The position numbers and the translations under genes were made by a program. A DNA stretch of 63,568 nucleotides, the filler included, from Vannella sp. (Eukaryota), in NCBI GenBank assembly GCA_023345925.1. It is 6 parts of 6 records of this genome, joined end to end, with 100 filler letters (N's around TTAATTAATTAA, not from the genome) between each part and the next. Parts side by side here need not be neighbours in the genome. Positions count along the whole stretch, not along the records: positions 57,366 to 61,445 come from JAJQQN010000926.1; positions 61,546 to 63,568 come from JAJQQN010001072.1; 4 more parts are not named here. One strand, given 5' to 3'. Position 1 is the first letter of the stretch. The number at the start of each line of letters is the position of its first letter. Below are positions 60,003 to 63,568 of this stretch, in pieces. The notes beneath the pieces were generated by a model, which saw only the letters and a program-made list of their open reading frames with translations, was not told the origin of the DNA and did not search any database.

Positions 60003-61234
60003 ATGGGGTACGACGAGAACAAATATGAAAGTATACCTGTACTCTCCCCATACATGGCAAACGAGACCAAAGGTAGGAGCGCGTGCCAGAGGCAAAGCTG
60101 AGCTGATCCTCATTTTGCCATGCAGAGGGAGTGGAAGTGAGTAAGGTGTTGGCCAAGTGGGACTTCAACGGATTGAACGAGACACAACTGAGCTTCAAGA
60201 CGGGAGACATCCTGGAGGTTGTCCTGCAGGACATCAATGCGCCGGGTTGGTGGTTAGGGCGGCATGGAGGGAACGAGGGCGTCTTTCCCAACAACTATGT
60301 GTCTGTGATTGAGGAGCTCCGAAAGAAGAAGAAGACTTATCGCATCAGCCAGAAGCGTGTTTCGAGCAAAATCAAGAACATCAGGGAGAAGCTCGCTATG
60401 ACTTCAGTCTCCTTTGCTGGACTCCTTTCGCAGGAAATAACCAACGATCGGAAAGAATCTAGTCCTGCAGCAGCCCCTGAGCCCTCCAAGGAACGTTTGG
60501 TGGCAACGGTAGCTCGTCGCAAGATTGCTCAAGGAAACAGCCGCGCCAATGTCACCTCCCTCTTTGAAGGCTCCATGGAGGAGGTCGAGCAAGAGATCAA
60601 GAAGAATCTCGCCAGTTCGCCTGCAATGACTCAACCCACTTCACTCAACAATCAGCCTTCCTCTGAGGATGCGCAACTTTCCGGTCAGATGGCTGAGGCA
60701 GAGCCATTTGTATTTGACCTCGATGCCCTTTCGGAAGCTGAGGCTGAACTCCGAGCTACCTCGCCTCCGTCTCCCTTGATCACAAAGAGTGAAATGGATG
60801 CTTCGCCTCCGTCTCCCTTGATCACAAGGAGTGAAATGGATGCTTTGCCTCCGTCTCCCTTGGTCACAAAGAGTGAACCGGTACGAACTCTCCCAATCCC
60901 TATGCTTGAAGAGATCGAAGTGGGAGTCTTAGGAAGTTCCCCTTCTCCGAATGTCGCCTCTCCTTTGTCACAGGCGCTGCAGTCGCCTTCCCTTTCTCTT
61001 CCACGGAATGTCAGCTCCCTTGGACCGGACGATTTGAAGGAAATAGGCGGAAAAGAAACCTCTCCTGTTCGTACAGACATCGCAAGTTCTGCTCTTATTC
61101 CTTCTGTTACGGAGCAAGGAACACCCCCTGCACCATCGGAGCTTGAATTGGAGGAGTTAGAGGACCCAGGCCAGATTGGATGTGGTGGAACATCCATTAT
61201 GTGGCGCTGCTTCGAGAGGTGCACAATGCTGTGA
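60003..61234 (+). CDS. SH3-domain protein with long Ser/Pro-rich tail; intron 60073-60125
   Basis: AKWDFNGLNETQLSFKTGDIL...GWWLG..GG.EGVFPNNYV. Confidence 0.85.
60761..60877 (+). repeat. 42-bp in-frame tandem repeat (~2.8 copies, SPPSPLITKSEMDA)
   Basis: Direct repeat read in both DNA and protein. Confidence 0.9.
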
Positions 61235-61445
61235 TTGTGGAATGAGTCTGTCTAAAGAATATCTATTTACCAAACTGCCTTGGATCTGGAGGTGTTAGAA
61301 GAACATAATCAATCCTGGAGGGGCGTTCGCTGGCAGGACGTCTCCTGTGATTGGCGGACTGGTCGGCCATTTGAGGTTATTTCAAGGAAGAGGAGGCGAC
61401 CTCCGCTTAGTCGGGCTTCATGGCTTTTTTCTGGCATTCCTTCGC

Positions 61446-61545
61446 NNNNNNNNNNNNNNNNNNNNNNNNNNNNNNNNNNNNNNNNNNNNTTAATTAATTA
61501 ANNNNNNNNNNNNNNNNNNNNNNNNNNNNNNNNNNNNNNNNNNNN
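61446..61545. other. Artificial contig spacer
   Basis: N44-TTAATTAATTAA-N44. Confidence 0.98.
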
Positions 61546-62113
61546 TGGGAACGGGGTCATCAGCCTCCACCAAGTGGAAGAGCTCTCCGCTCAAGCCGAG
61601 TTGGTGAGACCTCGACCGGACTGAATCATCCGCTAGAAGAGGGCACCCAGCAGTAATGCAGCGGACCTTACCAATGCAGCCACGAAACTCGCTCAGTAAG
61701 TTCAAGGTGACGATAGACGCCAGGGCCCCTCCAACGCCGTGTCCCACAATCCTGACTTGATAGCCTTGTCTGACAAATTCCAATATCGGTCCGAATGGTA
61801 TCAACTTGGCCCTCTCGAAGAACCCGTTGTGGAATCGGCCCATGTGGGTGGAGTTGCTGGCCAGCCAGGCGTTTGGACTGGATTCCCAGAGAGCGTGTAG
61901 AGCCAGGTAGACCTGTTTGCCTTCACGGTCTTCGCAAATCGCGAACTGAACAGGGCTTTGCTCAGACGAAAGCATGAAATGGGTGAACTTGTGCGTGCTC
62001 GACGAGTTGTTCAGAAGCCCTGCAACCGCTTCTTCGCTCACTGTGGACGCAACCTCCATGGCAACAAGGGCATTCCGAAGCTCTTGGAATGATGGAGGTG
62101 CAACCTCGGCCAT
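61546..62113 (-). CDS. Class 3 lipase-like domain protein (3' partial), nucleophile Ser replaced by Gly
   Basis: FHNGFFERA, IVGHGVGGALA, CITAGCPL, DDPVP. Confidence 0.75.
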
Positions 62114-62285
62114 TGAACCAGCAAAAAATGAATGAATCATCTCGTCAATCGCCGATCGATTTCCTAAAACAGACTTGTACCCAAAAAAGAATTCCACATA
62201 TGGTATTTTTGGAAACTTGTCTATATATGTGACAGTTATGAGAAGTTTCTTAAAATGGGCTTGAAGAGAAAAGCACAAAGAAGAG

Positions 62286-62744
62286 ATGATGGAATCACCT
62301 CTGCAGGACTTCCGACCAATGTACAGAAGCACCACATCAAACACCAACACCGGTAAGCGTTGCCAATCGCTCAAGACACGCGTTGATTGTCTGAACTATC
62401 ATTTAGACGAAATCCCGAACATCGGCCGCGTTTGCTCAAGTCAAGCTTCAGCTGGATGCATGCTGCTCGGGATCATGACGTTTGGATGTGGAGCCTTCTG
62501 TGCCCTCCCCATAATCACCCCCATTCTCTTCCTGTTCTACACCTCACGGAGATACGACCCAGAGGCCGTTCCTTTCAACAATGACACGCAACTGGCGGAT
62601 TCCTGCTCCTATCCCTCCATGCCATATGGAGGTATCCGCATCGAGGCGCGCTTCACCCCACGAACGCGCTCTGTTGCCGTTTACATCTTTATGGACGAGT
62701 TCGAAAACCCTTCTGTAGTTCAGACTTTGGCCTCACCTTCTTGA
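62286..62744 (+). CDS. Small membrane protein of unknown function (probable in-frame intron 62353-62406)
   Basis: Hydrophobic CMLLGIMTFGCGAFCALPIITPILFLFY segment; GTAAGC..TTAG intron candidate. Confidence 0.45.
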   Translation: MMESPLQDFRPMYRSTTSNTNTGKRCQSLKTRVDCLNYHLDEIPNIGRVCSSQASAGCMLLGIMTFGCGAFCALPIITPILFLFYTSRRYDPEAVPFNNDTQLADSCSYPSMPYGGIRIEARFTPRTRSVAVYIFMDEFENPSVVQTLASPS

Positions 62745-63265
62745 TGTCCTTCAGAAGGTCAAAGAACGGTACAATGAGTGGTCAATCGGTCGGGACGCTC
62801 CTTCATGATAGTGCGACCCACTCGCTTTTTGATGTCTGGTGATCTTTGAAGAAGCAACTCCACCACCCTTCGGACACACGACCGTTCGAAATGAGCGGGT
62901 TCGGGGACGTCGAGAGCGGACCAACCTCTTCAGCATCGAAGATCAAGCTCCTTCGCCCTCGACTCCTTCCTTACGTAGAGATTGCTGCTTACTCTCCTTC
63001 ACACGCAGACTTCACTTGGCTGCTGTGATTTTGACACTGGGAGAAGAACTCTGTTGTGTGAAGCATGCTACCACATCCTTCAGGTAGCGCTCATCAGCTC
63101 ACGAGCTTGCTAGCATTTGGTAGTGATATCATCATGGACCGCCTTTCCAGCGGTCTTCCTTCGCTTGATCTCCAGCAGTTTCTCTGCTTTCTTAGTGCGT
63201 TCACGCGAAGGATTATCTAATTCTAACCAGTGATCGATGTGGAGCATTGCAGTGCCATGCCGATA

Positions 63266-63551
63266 GGTTACCACACGATCCTTTTCTCCCCTTCCCTTTG
63301 GGGGCAACTCCTGTGGTCAACTCGGCCTCGGTCACCGTAAGCAACGTATAACACCCGTCCAGGTACCCTGGAAGGGCCCACAGCCGGTCGAGGTGGAGTG
63401 TGGATTCTTACACTCCCTCGTCCTTGATGCGGAGGGCGGTGTGTGGCAGGCTGGTAACACGGACTATCACAAAGGATCTCTAACCTTCGAGAGGGTTCCG
63501 GAAAATCGTGGAAAACGCCACCTTTTCTTTTGGCAACACGGTTTGGAGTAG
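63266..63551 (+). pseudogene. RCC1-repeat fragment, apparently disrupted
   Basis: FGGNSCGQLGLGH..RITPVQVP...VECGFLHSLVLDAEGGVWQAG; the preceding GYHTIL lies in another frame and an early stop follows. Confidence 0.5.
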
Positions 63552-63568
63552 GATTGCCAAATTCGTCT

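Noticed and set aside
60761..60877. Short direct repeats (42, 45, 63 bp) as CRISPR-like arrays
   Set aside because: No unique spacers; they are simple tandem duplications in a eukaryotic context with no cas genes.

Overview
Gene-dense eukaryotic nuclear DNA (standard genetic code, short GT-AG introns mostly ~40-58 nt). It is probably from an amoebozoan-type protist, which is an inference from the Ras, physarolisin/TPP1 and BEACH content. The window is six unrelated contigs joined by artificial 100-nt N/TTAATTAATTAA spacers (7401-7500, 27612-27711, 34705-34804, 57266-57365, 61446-61545). Most genes are housekeeping: XMAP215, SF3A2, SNF2/BRM, MFS, NASP, TRM7, RNASEH2A, NUBP2, GPx, COX19, LSM6, squalene epoxidase, GNL3, Ras, BEACH, TFIIH p62, TPP1, kinases, a calmodulin-like gene and an SH3 gene. 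Two loci stand out. (1) An ~828-aa protein (13387-15924) built from nine ~74-aa Trp-rich tandem repeats ending in a Vsr/DUF559/RAP-like PD-(D/E)XK nuclease domain, a candidate modular repeat-guided nuclease. (2) A compact two-gene PIF/Harbinger-type transposon (~32661-34704) whose partner gene appears to fuse a Myb/GARP-like domain to an alpha-crystallin/HSP20-like domain, and which seems to truncate a host gene duplicate. All family calls come from motif recognition by eye; no database searches were run.
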